Positions 35,021 through 45,025 of a DNA stretch of 61,705 nucleotides are shown here, one piece after another. Below the pieces are notes generated by a model. That model had not been told where the DNA came from, ran no database searches, and saw only the letters and a list, made by a program, of their open reading frames with translations. Location of the stretch: NCBI GenBank assembly GCA_003249165.1, contig QKJV01000332.1, positions 1 to 61,705 on the forward strand, in the 5' to 3' direction. This DNA comes from Desulfobulbaceae bacterium. GTDB taxonomy: Bacteria; Desulfobacterota; Desulfobulbia; Desulfobulbales; SURF-16. How positions within the stretch are numbered: the first letter of the stretch is position 1; the number at the start of each line of letters is the position of its first letter. The position numbers and the translations under genes are program-made.

Positions 35021-37277
35021 ACTCACCCTTGGCTCTCTCTTTGACGGCAGCGGGGGTTTCCCCTTGGGTGGTCTGCTCTGCGGAATTGAACCCCTGTGGG
35101 CTTCTGAAATTGAGCCGTTTCCGATACGGGTAACTACAAAACGAATCCCGCAAATGATGCATTACGGAGACATATCCAAGCTAAATGGTGCGGAATTACC
35201 GCCTGTTGATATAATCACTTTTGGCTCTCCCTGCACCGATATGAGTGTGGCGGGCAAAAGAGCCGGTCTGGACGGTAGCCAATCCGTCCTTTTTTATGAA
35301 GCAATACGGATCATTAAGGAAATGAGGTGCAAAACCAATGGAAGATATCCGAGATACGCTGTCTGGGAAAATGTCCCCGGCGCTTTCTCAAGCAACAAGG
35401 GCGAAGACTTCAAGGCAGTCCTTGAAGCGGTCGCTGGCATCTGCGATCCGGATGCCGAGGTGCCTTCGCCTGAAAACGGCAGATGGTCATACTCCGACAT
35501 ACTCCTGGGAACCGGATGGAGCATGGCTTATAGAACTATCGACGCGCAATACTTCGGAGTCCCCCAACGCCGACGCAGAATCTACCTTGTCGCAGATCTT
35601 GCAGGCGAAAGTGCCGGAAACATATTATTTGAGCCAGAAGGCGTGTCAAGGAATTTTACGCCGTGCGGCAGCCCGTGGCAAAGAACTGCCGGAAATGTTG
35701 AGGACAGCATTGGAACATCAGGCGACTGCGTGACTTGTCTAAACGACCAGGGCGGCAGTGTTATGTCGGTTTCGGAAAATATTTCTGCAACACTGCGTGC
35801 CGAAGAACATGGACACCAGCCTTGTGTTATGCAGTCGGGAGGTTTCTGCACAGAGCATTCTGCAAAAAGCCGCAGTATCGGTTATGAGGCAGAGACCTCT
35901 CCCACCCTTCGCGCAGGTGTTGTTCCCGGTGCGGTAATGTCATTTGAACCCGGTGCGGTTTCCCGTATCGGCGGGCATACAGACGAAAACATCAGCGGCT
36001 CTCTCCGTGCAAGTATGGGAGATAACCAGACCGCTGTTGCGATTGAAAACCATCCAACAGACGGCCGGTGCAAAATCGAAACTGAGGGTAAGGTACAGAC
36101 GCTTACTTCCCGTATGGGTACCGGCGGTATGAATGTCCCCCTTGTTATGAATTCACCTAAAACCCTGAAAATCCGCTCCGGCTGTGAGGGTGGCGGTAAA
36201 GGTGCGCTGGTACAGAACGATATGTCCGCCACGCTCTCCTGCAATAACGACCAGACGGTATTCGTACCGACTGTGTTTGACGGAAAGCAGGTTACTTCAA
36301 AGGAAAACAGAAGCAATCCAAAACCTGATGCACCCTGTCATACTTTAGCGAAAGGAAATGCAGACAGCGCTGTTGTCTGCTTTGGCATATGCTCGGATGG
36401 CAGTAATTCCATGAAGTCAGACAACCCGCATAGCGGTATTTATGAAGCGGCAACCTCGCGTAGCCTTGATGCCAATGGAGGTAATCCGGGATGCAACCAG
36501 GGTGGTATGGCAGTCGTTGCATTGCAAGGCTCCATGATCGGCCGTGATGATAAAAACGGTCCTTTGGGCAGTGGCATTAATGAGGATGTCAGTTTCTCCC
36601 TCACAGCCGCTGACCGCCATGCCGTTGCTTATGCCATGACAACCGGTGGTTTCACACAGATAGAAGAAGGTGTCTCCCCGACATTACTGTCGAGAGATTA
36701 TAAAGACGCTCCTGTGGTCGGTCATCCGACATACGGCATTGACCGGGCAGCTTTCAATCAAGGTCGGAATGCTCAGTATAAACCCGCTTTTGAGGAAGAA
36801 CAGCAACCCACCCTTACAGCGAAAGGACCGGGCGCCGTTGCACAGCCTGCTTCATTCTATCCCCAGATGAAGGCTGAAAGCCAATGTTTCTGTCGGGATG
36901 GCACAGCAAACACGCTTGTTAACGAAACCACCCCCGGCTATCATAATGCGCTTGTTGAACCAGGTTATATTGTCCGAAGATTGACACCGACTGAGTGCGC
37001 CCGCCTTCAGGGATTTCCGGACTGGTGGTGTGACAACCTCGGCACGGAGAATCCTTCCGAGAATGAGGTTGCGTTCTGGACTGATGTATGGGAAACACAT
37101 CGCTGTATTATCGGAACAAGCAGCAAGGCAAAAACAAAGAAGCAAATCATTAAGTGGCTGCGTGACCCGCACTCCGACGCATCCGAGTATAAAATGTGGG
37201 GCAATGGAGTGGCACTCCCGTGTGTTTGTTTTGTACTGATGGGCATTGTGTTATCTGCACAAGAAACCGCCGATTAA
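35013..37277 (+). CDS. DNA (cytosine-5) methyltransferase with greatly expanded variable region
   Basis: 754 aa. Motifs FDGSGG, GSPCTDMS, ENVPG, QRRRRIY, RRLTPTECARLQGFP, GNGVALP. About 460 aa lie between motifs VIII and IX. Confidence 0.85.
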   Translation: MNKLTLGSLFDGSGGFPLGGLLCGIEPLWASEIEPFPIRVTTKRIPQMMHYGDISKLNGAELPPVDIITFGSPCTDMSVAGKRAGLDGSQSVLFYEAIRIIKEMRCKTNGRYPRYAVWENVPGAFSSNKGEDFKAVLEAVAGICDPDAEVPSPENGRWSYSDILLGTGWSMAYRTIDAQYFGVPQRRRRIYLVADLAGESAGNILFEPEGVSRNFTPCGSPWQRTAGNVEDSIGTSGDCVTCLNDQGGSVMSVSENISATLRAEEHGHQPCVMQSGGFCTEHSAKSRSIGYEAETSPTLRAGVVPGAVMSFEPGAVSRIGGHTDENISGSLRASMGDNQTAVAIENHPTDGRCKIETEGKVQTLTSRMGTGGMNVPLVMNSPKTLKIRSGCEGGGKGALVQNDMSATLSCNNDQTVFVPTVFDGKQVTSKENRSNPKPDAPCHTLAKGNADSAVVCFGICSDGSNSMKSDNPHSGIYEAATSRSLDANGGNPGCNQGGMAVVALQGSMIGRDDKNGPLGSGINEDVSFSLTAADRHAVAYAMTTGGFTQIEEGVSPTLLSRDYKDAPVVGHPTYGIDRAAFNQGRNAQYKPAFEEEQQPTLTAKGPGAVAQPASFYPQMKAESQCFCRDGTANTLVNETTPGYHNALVEPGYIVRRLTPTECARLQGFPDWWCDNLGTENPSENEVAFWTDVWETHRCIIGTSSKAKTKKQIIKWLRDPHSDASEYKMWGNGVALPCVCFVLMGIVLSAQETAD

Positions 37278-37376
37278 AAGAACATTAATCTCTACAATAG
37301 TTACTCGAAACAACTTGCTATTTACAGCATTTAGAGTGATATATGTAGTACAAAAAAATGAAAGGCGGTATGCAAA

Positions 37377-38036
37377 ATGCAGATTGACTACAATGTAACA
37401 GGCAGCGAGCGTAAACGGCTTGTACAAACAATTGCGGAGATAATGGAGTGCGAGACAAAATACAAGGGTGCTCCGACCTTTGCCTATGAGGTGGATTATT
37501 TCACCATCGACAAAAACGGCGTTCTATCGTTCGACGACCGTGCAGACAGCGAAGAAATTGAAAAGCTCATCGAGGGGCTGGCGGAGCGGGGCTTTGAATT
37601 TGACGGGTATGACAAAACTGTGCTTACCATTGAAATGCCCTGCTCATTCTTTACCGACACAGCGCTTGAAAATCTTAGTCGGTTGGTGGAAAGCAAAGGC
37701 TCACTCCTCAAAAAAGCACTCGGAATCACCGACCTGTCTATTCTAAAGGGTGAAGAGACGGTCAGCTTTCCGTGGTTCTCCGATACAAGCGACTCGGATG
37801 AGGTAAAAGCTTATACCCACCTTGTCACTGCCCTTTGTGAAATGGCAAAATCACTGCACAGGGTCAGTGCCGTAGAAAAGCCTGTGGAAAATGAGAAGTA
37901 TGCTTTCCGTTGCTTTCTCCTACGGCTTGGCTTTATCGGTTCGGAATATAAAACGGAACGTAAAATTCTGCTTTCAAAACTCACAGGCAGTTCGGCATTC
38001 AGAAATCCAACTAATGGAGGTGCAGACGATGAATAA
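37377..38036 (+). CDS. hypothetical protein (219 aa)
   Basis: Track ORF with plausible spacing. No motif recognised. Confidence 0.5.
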   Translation: MQIDYNVTGSERKRLVQTIAEIMECETKYKGAPTFAYEVDYFTIDKNGVLSFDDRADSEEIEKLIEGLAERGFEFDGYDKTVLTIEMPCSFFTDTALENLSRLVESKGSLLKKALGITDLSILKGEETVSFPWFSDTSDSDEVKAYTHLVTALCEMAKSLHRVSAVEKPVENEKYAFRCFLLRLGFIGSEYKTERKILLSKLTGSSAFRNPTNGGADDE

Positions 38037-38271
38037 TTTTCCTTCGAGAGAAACGGTCGAGCGTATTCGCAAGCAATATCCGGTTGGCTGCCGTGTGGAA
38101 ATTGTCCGTATGAACGATGTACAAGCACCTCCAATAGGTACGAAAGGCACAGTGGCCGGTGTGGATGACATAGGCAGTATTATGGTTCGCTGGGACAACG
38201 GTTCATCACTAAATATCGTTTACGGTGAGGATTTATGCCGGAAAATTGAGGAGGATAACGATGGACAGTAA
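38029..38271 (+). CDS. DUF4314-like small protein
   Basis: ATG 38029. YPVGCRVEIVRMNDVQAPPIGTKGTVAGVDDIGSIMVRWDNGSSL. Confidence 0.55.
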   Translation: MNNFPSRETVERIRKQYPVGCRVEIVRMNDVQAPPIGTKGTVAGVDDIGSIMVRWDNGSSLNIVYGEDLCRKIEEDNDGQ

Positions 38272-38440
38272 AATCAAGGAACAGATACTCGCCATTCGTG
38301 CCACAGGCGAAACGAATATGTTTGACGTGCCGAAGGTTCGGGAAATCGCTCTGCGTGAGGGATACAATGAATTGATTGCTTTTCTTAACGAAAGTACAAA
38401 TGCATATGTTCGTTTCATCCTTACGGGTGATGAAGGGTAA
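38261..38440 (+). CDS. small hypothetical protein (DUF5049-like)
   Basis: ATG 38261. 59 aa. ATGETNMFDVPKVREIA segment. Confidence 0.45.
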   Translation: MDSKIKEQILAIRATGETNMFDVPKVREIALREGYNELIAFLNESTNAYVRFILTGDEG

Positions 38441-38546
38441 CAAAAATACACAATAGGAGAACAGTGCCGAAAACGGCTCTGTTTCTCGTACAGATATCAT
38501 TTGAAGGCTTGCTTTATGGCAGGTCTATTTTTATGCCTGAAAGGGG

Positions 38547-40157
38547 GTGGCGGAAATACGAAAACTCAAGAAATACACACCGACACGGTTCAGGTCAGCG
38601 GATTCTGTATATGACAAGTCCGCCGCCGATTATTCCGTGGCTTTTGTTGAAGCGCTATCCCATACCAAAGGAACATGGGCAGGAAAGCCCTTTGAACTGA
38701 TCGACTGGCAGGAACAGATTATCCGCGACGTGTTCGGAACACTGAAACCGAACGGTTATCGGCAGTTCAACACCGCATATGTGGAGATACCGAAAAAGAT
38801 GGGAAAAAGTGAGCTTGCGGCGGCTGTTGCCCTGTTACTCACTTGCGGTGATAACGAGGAACGCGCCGAGGTTTACGGCTGCGCCGCAGACAGAAACCAG
38901 GCATCCATTGTTTTCAACGTGGCGGCAGATATGGTACGGATGTGTCCGGCACTCTCCAAGCGGGTTAAAATCCTTGATTCACAAAAAAGGCTTATTTTCC
39001 TGCCGACCAGAAGCATCTATCAGGTGCTGTCAGCAGATGTCGGCAACAAGCATGGGTTTAATACGCATGGTGTTGTATTTGATGAACTTCATACCCAGCC
39101 GAACCGTAAGCTTTACGATGTTATGACCAAAGGCAGCGGTGATGCGCGTATGCAACCGCTGTATTTTCTCATTACCACCGCTGGAGATAACCAAAACAGT
39201 ATCTGCTGGGAGGTACACCAAAAGGCGCTTGATATTTTAGACGGCAGAAAACATGACCCCACCTTCTACCCCGTGATTTATGGAGCGGGACCGGAGGATG
39301 ATTGGTCAGACCCAAAGGTGTGGAAAAAAGCAAATCCATCCCTCGGTATTACCGTAAGCATGGATAAAGTCAAGGCGGCGTTTGAATCGGCAAGGCAGAA
39401 TCCTGCTGAAGAAAATAGTTTCCGGCAACTGCGTCTGAACCAGTGGGTCAAACAAGCTGTACGATGGATGCCCATGGATAAGTGGGATGCGTGTGCTTTT
39501 GCGGTTGATCCGGTATCTCTGTACGGGCGCATCTGCTACGGCGGGCTTGACCTTTCCTCTTCCACTGACATTACGGCTTTCGTACTGGTCTTTCCTCCGC
39601 TGGATGAGGATGATAAGTACATCGTACTGCCGTTCTTCTGGATACCCGAGGACAACATCGACTTGCGCGTCCGCCGTGACCATGTGAATTATGACATATG
39701 GAAAAAGCAAGGCTTCATACAAACAACTGAAGGAAATGTGGTTCATTACGGATTTATCGAAAGTTTTATTGAAGAACTCGGCACGAAGTATAACATCCGC
39801 GAGATTGCCTTTGACCGCTGGGGTGCCGTGCAAATGACTCAAAACCTTGAAAACCTCGGCTTTACGGTTGTGCCGTTCGGACAGGGTTTCAAGGATATGT
39901 CCCCACCAACCAAAGAACTGATGAAATTGACCCTGGAACAAAAAATAGCCCACGGCGGTCACCCGGTACTTCGTTGGATGATGGACAATATTTTCATCCG
40001 CACTGACCCAGCAGGCAATATCAAGCCGGATAAAGAAAAATCCACCGAGCGTATTGATGGCGCGGTAGCAACGATAATGGCGCTTGATCGCGCTATTCGC
40101 TGTGGCGGTGAAACAGGCACCTCGGTATATGACCAGCGAGGGCTGCTTGTATTTTAG
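38547..40157 (+). CDS. terminase large subunit
   Basis: 536 aa, GTG start. ATPase segment GVVFDELH. Sits directly upstream of portal. Confidence 0.9.
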   Translation: MAEIRKLKKYTPTRFRSADSVYDKSAADYSVAFVEALSHTKGTWAGKPFELIDWQEQIIRDVFGTLKPNGYRQFNTAYVEIPKKMGKSELAAAVALLLTCGDNEERAEVYGCAADRNQASIVFNVAADMVRMCPALSKRVKILDSQKRLIFLPTRSIYQVLSADVGNKHGFNTHGVVFDELHTQPNRKLYDVMTKGSGDARMQPLYFLITTAGDNQNSICWEVHQKALDILDGRKHDPTFYPVIYGAGPEDDWSDPKVWKKANPSLGITVSMDKVKAAFESARQNPAEENSFRQLRLNQWVKQAVRWMPMDKWDACAFAVDPVSLYGRICYGGLDLSSSTDITAFVLVFPPLDEDDKYIVLPFFWIPEDNIDLRVRRDHVNYDIWKKQGFIQTTEGNVVHYGFIESFIEELGTKYNIREIAFDRWGAVQMTQNLENLGFTVVPFGQGFKDMSPPTKELMKLTLEQKIAHGGHPVLRWMMDNIFIRTDPAGNIKPDKEKSTERIDGAVATIMALDRAIRCGGETGTSVYDQRGLLVF

Positions 40158-40169
40158 CAAAGGAGAGTA

Positions 40170-41435
40170 ATGTATATGGGAATATTGCAAGGAATATTTA
40201 AGGCGCGTGACAAGCCAAAAGACGCACTTGGCGGTAGTCGTTACAGCTTCTTTTTTGGAAGCACAAGTGCAGGAAAACCTGTCAACGAACATACTGCTAT
40301 GCAAATGACGGCCGTTTACTCCTGTGTCAGGATATTATCAGAGACACTGGCGGGCTTGCCGCTTCATGTGTATAAGTACAACGACAGCGGCGGCAAGGAA
40401 AAAGACCTGAAACATCCGTTATATAAGCTGCTCCACGACGAGCCAAACCCTGAGATGACTTCATTCGCGTTTAGAGAAACGCTGATGAGTCATCTTTTGT
40501 TATGGGGCAATGCTTATGCACAGATTATCAGAAACGCCCGTGGCGAGGTTATCGCCCTCTACCCTCTGATGCCAAACAAGATGGCGGTCGACCGTGACAG
40601 CAAGGGTCGGCTTTACTACCTTTATCAGCGAGCCGCTGAAGACGCACCCACACTCGGAAAGGATAGCCAGGTTTACCTTGATCCATCTGATGTTCTGCAC
40701 ATCCCCGGTTTAGGCTTTGACGGGTTGGTCGGTTATTCGCCGATTGCTATGGCAAAAAATGCTGTGGGATTAGCGATTGCCACCGAGGAGTACGGAGCGA
40801 AATTCTTTGCGAATGGAGCCGCTCCCGGCGGTGTATTGGAACACCCCGGTACTATCAAAGACCCGCAGAAGGTCAAGGAAAGCTGGAACTCCGCTTACCA
40901 GGGTTCCTCAAACGCACACCGCGTGGCTGTTTTGGAGGAAGGCATGAAGTATCAGCCTATTGGCATCTCACCGGAGCATGCACAGTTTCTGGAAACACGA
41001 AAGTTTCAGATTAATGAAATTGCCCGTATCTTCCGCGTACCGCCACATATGCTCGCCGACCTTGAGAAATCATCCTTTTCCAATATCGAGCAGCAGTCGC
41101 TTGAATTTGTGAAATACACCCTTGACCCTTGGGTGGTGCGCTGGGAGCAATCCATGTGCCGTGCCCTGCTCATGGAAAGCGAAAAGCCCGCGGTGTTCAT
41201 CAAGTTTAATGTGGACGGCTTGCTCCGCGGCGATTACCAAAGCCGTATGAATGGTTATGCCACCGCACGACAGAACGGTTGGATGAGCGCCAACGATATC
41301 CGTGAGCTTGAAAATCTTGACCGTATTTCTACTGAACTCGGCGGCGATCTCTACCTCATAAACGGTGCAATGACCAAATTACAGGACGCGGGAGCGTTCG
41401 CAAATAAATCAGGAACGGAGGAAACAACCAAATGA
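40170..41435 (+). CDS. portal protein (HK97 family)
   Basis: 421 aa. AVYSCVRILSETLAGLPLHVY is typical of HK97-type portals. Gene order TerL-portal-protease-capsid. Confidence 0.9.
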   Translation: MYMGILQGIFKARDKPKDALGGSRYSFFFGSTSAGKPVNEHTAMQMTAVYSCVRILSETLAGLPLHVYKYNDSGGKEKDLKHPLYKLLHDEPNPEMTSFAFRETLMSHLLLWGNAYAQIIRNARGEVIALYPLMPNKMAVDRDSKGRLYYLYQRAAEDAPTLGKDSQVYLDPSDVLHIPGLGFDGLVGYSPIAMAKNAVGLAIATEEYGAKFFANGAAPGGVLEHPGTIKDPQKVKESWNSAYQGSSNAHRVAVLEEGMKYQPIGISPEHAQFLETRKFQINEIARIFRVPPHMLADLEKSSFSNIEQQSLEFVKYTLDPWVVRWEQSMCRALLMESEKPAVFIKFNVDGLLRGDYQSRMNGYATARQNGWMSANDIRELENLDRISTELGGDLYLINGAMTKLQDAGAFANKSGTEETTK

Positions 41436-42130
41436 AGAAATTCTGGAACTGGGTAAAGGACGAAGAGTCCGGTGTCCGAACGCTATTCCTTGACGGCGTG
41501 ATTGCCGAAGAGTCATGGTTTGATGATGATGTCACCCCACGGGCATTCAAAGCTGATTTGACTGCCGGAGAGGGTGACATTGTTTTATGGCTCAACTCGC
41601 CTGGCGGTGACTGCGTTGCGGCAAGTCAGATATATGCAATGCTTATGGACTACAAAGGCAAGGTAACCGTCAAGGTTGATGGTATTGCCGCATCTGCCGC
41701 TTCAGTAATCGCAATGGCTGGAACTACAGTATTGATGGCACCGACTGCGCTGATGATGATTCATAACCCTCTGACCATTGCAATTGGCGACAGTGAGGAA
41801 ATGCAAAAGGCCATCGCCATGCTCTCGGAGGTCAAGGAAAGCATCATCAACGCTTACGAAATCAAGACCGGTCAATCACGGGCTAAACTCTCCCACCTTA
41901 TGGATGCGGAGACCTGGCTCAATGCCAATAAGGCCATTGAACTCGGCTTTGCGGATGGCATCCTGGAAGATGAGAAAAAGCGTACCCAACCCGAGGATGT
42001 CACTTATGCGTTCAGCCGCAGGGTCGTAACAAACTCGCTGCTGGACAAGGTGAAACCCAAACTACCAAAACAAAAAACAGGCACACCCGTAGAGTCGCTG
42101 GAAAAGCGGCTTTCTTTAATTCAACACTAA
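41432..42130 (+). CDS. ClpP-like prohead protease
   Basis: LNSPGGDCVAASQIY..GIAASAASVIAMAG (ClpP serine-protease core). Confidence 0.85.
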   Translation: MKKFWNWVKDEESGVRTLFLDGVIAEESWFDDDVTPRAFKADLTAGEGDIVLWLNSPGGDCVAASQIYAMLMDYKGKVTVKVDGIAASAASVIAMAGTTVLMAPTALMMIHNPLTIAIGDSEEMQKAIAMLSEVKESIINAYEIKTGQSRAKLSHLMDAETWLNANKAIELGFADGILEDEKKRTQPEDVTYAFSRRVVTNSLLDKVKPKLPKQKTGTPVESLEKRLSLIQH

Positions 42131-42149
42131 TTTTTAGGAGGAAAACACT

Positions 42150-43358
42150 ATGAACAAAATTCTTGAACTGCGTGAGAAACGCGCAAAAGCATGGGAAGCT
42201 GCAAAGGCTTTCCTCGATACCAAGCGTGGTACGGATGGGCTGGTTTCCCCCGAAGACACCGCAACCTACGAAAAAATGGAAGCCGATGTGGTCAACCTCG
42301 GCAAGGAAATTGACCGTTTGGAAAAACAGGAAGCCCTTGACCGTGAACTTTCCAAACCACTGAACGCACCCCTTACAGGAAAACCAGTCGTTCCGGGAAT
42401 GGATACAAAAACCGGAAAGGCGTCCGATGAATATCGAAAGGCATTCTGGAATGCCATGCGTACACGTGCCGGTGAAGGTCTTGACCCCGTTGTGAAAAAT
42501 GCTCTGCAGATTGGCAGTGACACCGAGGGCGGCTATCTTGTTCCGGATGAATTTGAACGCACCCTTGTGGAAGCACTCGAGGATGAGAACATTTTCCGTA
42601 AACTGGCCAACGTCATCACCACTGCTTCCGGTGACCGTAAAATACCGGTCGTTGCATCCAAGGGTACAGCTTCCTGGATTGATGAGGAAGGCGCCATTAC
42701 CGAAAGTGACGACAGCTTCGGTCAGGTGTCTATCGGTGCTTACAAGTTGGGGACTATGATTAAGGTTTCCGAGGAATTGCTTAACGACAGTGTGTTCAAC
42801 CTCGAATCCTACATCTCGAAAGAATTCGCCAGACGAATCGGTAATAAAGAAGAGGAATCCTTCTTCGCAGGTGATGGTTCAGGCAAGCCTACAGGTATCC
42901 TCGCGGCTACCAGCGGCGCACAACTCGGTATTACTACCGCGAGCGCCACTGCGATCACCATTGACGAGGTGCTTGATCTGTTCTACGCACTGAAGGCCTC
43001 ATACCGTAACAAGGCTGTATTTGTCATGAATGATGCCACCGTCAAAGCAATCCGCAAGCTGAAGGACGGTCAGGGACAATACCTCTGGCAGCCTTCTCTG
43101 CAGTCCGGTACTCCCGACACCATTTTGAACCGTCCGCTGTACACCTCGGCATATGTCCCTGCCATAGCTGCGGCTGCAAAGACCGTTGTATTCGGCGATT
43201 TCAGTTATTACTGGGTAGCCGACCGTCAGGGGCGCGTATTTAAGAGACTTAACGAGCTTTACGCAGCTACCGGTCAGGTGGGCTTTGTTGCCACCCAGCG
43301 TGTCGACGGAAAGCTGATTCTGCCGGAAGCCATCAAGGTCCTTCAGCAGAAGGCTTAA
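42150..43358 (+). CDS. major capsid protein (HK97 family)
   Basis: 402 aa. Helical N-terminal delta-like region followed by a capsid body. Position after the protease. Confidence 0.9.
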   Translation: MNKILELREKRAKAWEAAKAFLDTKRGTDGLVSPEDTATYEKMEADVVNLGKEIDRLEKQEALDRELSKPLNAPLTGKPVVPGMDTKTGKASDEYRKAFWNAMRTRAGEGLDPVVKNALQIGSDTEGGYLVPDEFERTLVEALEDENIFRKLANVITTASGDRKIPVVASKGTASWIDEEGAITESDDSFGQVSIGAYKLGTMIKVSEELLNDSVFNLESYISKEFARRIGNKEEESFFAGDGSGKPTGILAATSGAQLGITTASATAITIDEVLDLFYALKASYRNKAVFVMNDATVKAIRKLKDGQGQYLWQPSLQSGTPDTILNRPLYTSAYVPAIAAAAKTVVFGDFSYYWVADRQGRVFKRLNELYAATGQVGFVATQRVDGKLILPEAIKVLQQKA

Positions 43359-43370
43359 CGGAGGTGCGAC

Positions 43371-43604
43371 ATGAGCTATAACACAAAGAACTACACCGAG
43401 CAGGGCGGCGAAAAAACCGTAATTGGCGGCACGCTGGAAATCAAGGAGGGGGCCTCGGTAACGGGACTCCCTTCCCCATTTACTCCGGCAGCAAATCAAA
43501 CGGAAAGCACGGCGGAGGATGTCGCAGGACTTCTTGCCGATTTCAATGCTCTGCTTGCAAAACTGAAAGCCGCAGGTCTTATGACAGCGGATACACAAGG
43601 ATAA
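43371..43604 (+). CDS. small head-associated hypothetical protein
   Basis: 77 aa. Sits between the capsid and connector genes. Confidence 0.4.
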   Translation: MSYNTKNYTEQGGEKTVIGGTLEIKEGASVTGLPSPFTPAANQTESTAEDVAGLLADFNALLAKLKAAGLMTADTQG

Positions 43605-43622
43605 TGAAAGGACGGTGGCGGT

Positions 43623-43931
43623 ATGACACTGCTTGAAAAAGTCAAAGCAAACCTTATTCTTGAACACTCGGCGGACGATGAACTTCTTCAATTGTACATT
43701 ACCGCTGCGGTCAAATATGCTGAAAGCTATCAGCATCTGGCCGAGAACTTTTATACCCAAAATCAAATGCCGCCTACCACCGAACAAGCAGTCATCATGC
43801 TGTCGTCCCACTTTTACGAAAGTCGGGACGGCAGCACGGGCGGCTTTTTCTCGGATAATGTACAGGCAAGTCAGCAGGTATGGGAAACAGTCAACCTACT
43901 GCTTAGGCTCGACAGGGATTGGAAGGTGTGA
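43623..43931 (+). CDS. gp6-like head-tail connector protein
   Basis: LEKVKANLILEHSADDELLQLYITAAVKYAESY is typical of the family. Confidence 0.7.
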   Translation: MTLLEKVKANLILEHSADDELLQLYITAAVKYAESYQHLAENFYTQNQMPPTTEQAVIMLSSHFYESRDGSTGGFFSDNVQASQQVWETVNLLLRLDRDWKV

Positions 43932-43933
43932 AC

Positions 43934-44260
43934 ATGAGTTTCGGAAAGATGAACACTGCAATTGATATTATCAGCACCGAGCCACAGAAAGATGCTGAGG
44001 GGTTTGTAAATCATGGCGATACTGTTCTGGCAAGGATCAGAGCGTATTTTGAGCAAAAAAACTCCACGGAAAAGTGGCGGAATATGGCACAATCAAGCGA
44101 AGCAAATGCCCTTTTCAGATTCCGATGCATTCCCAATCTGGAGATTACAAAGCAGCACATTATTGTTTGCAACGGGATGAGGTACAACATTTTCTCGGTT
44201 GAAAACATTAAAAACCGTAATATGTATGTTGAAGTTTTGGCGGTGAGTGTGGATGGCTAA
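43934..44260 (+). CDS. head-closure / head-tail adaptor protein
   Basis: Start at MSFGKMN (43934). Size and position fit an SPP1 gp16-like adaptor. Confidence 0.6.
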   Translation: MSFGKMNTAIDIISTEPQKDAEGFVNHGDTVLARIRAYFEQKNSTEKWRNMAQSSEANALFRFRCIPNLEITKQHIIVCNGMRYNIFSVENIKNRNMYVEVLAVSVDG

Positions 44261-44684
44261 GGTAAATTTCAAGATGCCGGATGATTTTTTAATGAAGATT
44301 TCTAAGCTCGCAGATAAAACGGATGAAATAATTCCGAAGGTGCTGGAAGCAGGTGGCGAAGTTGTGGAAGCAAAGGTGATGTCTAACCTGCAAGCTGTAA
44401 TCGGTAGCGGAACAAAGGAGGAAAGCCGCTCTACGGGTGAGCTTGCATCGGCACTCGGCACTACTTCCGCAAAACAGGACAAGGATGGCAACTTCAATAT
44501 TAAGGTGGGATTTGCCGAACCGCGTTCTGATGGCAAAAGCAACGCTATGATTGCGGGTGTGCTTGAGTATGGCAAAAGCGGGCAACCACCGAAACCTTTT
44601 TTAAAGCCTGCAAAGGTTCAATCAAAAAATGTTTGTATTGACGCTATGAAAAACAAACTTGAAAGCGAGATGGAAAAGCTATGA
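44247..44684 (+). CDS. HK97 gp10-like neck protein
   Basis: 145 aa. Position and C-terminal GVLEYGKSGQPPKPFLKPA segment. Confidence 0.65.
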   Translation: MWMAKVNFKMPDDFLMKISKLADKTDEIIPKVLEAGGEVVEAKVMSNLQAVIGSGTKEESRSTGELASALGTTSAKQDKDGNFNIKVGFAEPRSDGKSNAMIAGVLEYGKSGQPPKPFLKPAKVQSKNVCIDAMKNKLESEMEKL

Positions 44685-45025
44685 ATGTTTTGACGGAATT
44701 GAATACCTTGTTCTCTACCTTGGATATCCCTCTTGAAACCGGAGTGTTCAGCGGTGTTCCTCCCAATGAATATATGGTGCTTACCCCGCTCGTTGACAGC
44801 TTTGCTGTACACGGCGACAACAAGCCGCAGTTTGATGTTGAAGAGGTAAGGCTTTCACTTTTTTGCAAGAAGAATTATATAAAACGAAAAGATCAGCTTG
44901 TAAGGCTTCTCCTTCAGGCTGATTTTGTTATTACAGACCGCCGGTATGTCGGTCACGAGGACGATACCGGCTTTCACCATTATGCCATTGATGTGGCAAA
45001 ACAATATGAAACGGAGGAATTTTAA
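44681..45025 (+). CDS. tail-completion / neck protein (putative)
   Basis: 114 aa. Called from position only. Confidence 0.45.
   Translation: MNVLTELNTLFSTLDIPLETGVFSGVPPNEYMVLTPLVDSFAVHGDNKPQFDVEEVRLSLFCKKNYIKRKDQLVRLLLQADFVITDRRYVGHEDDTGFHHYAIDVAKQYETEEF

Noticed and set aside
39306-40304. 332-aa antisense ORF. Similar long antisense ORFs occur at 42999-43811, 44093-44575, 56022-56732, 58057-58743, 12702-13277, 6380-6748 and 25724-26323.
   Set aside because: All lie opposite well-supported genes with strong motifs and have odd composition. They are shadow ORFs.
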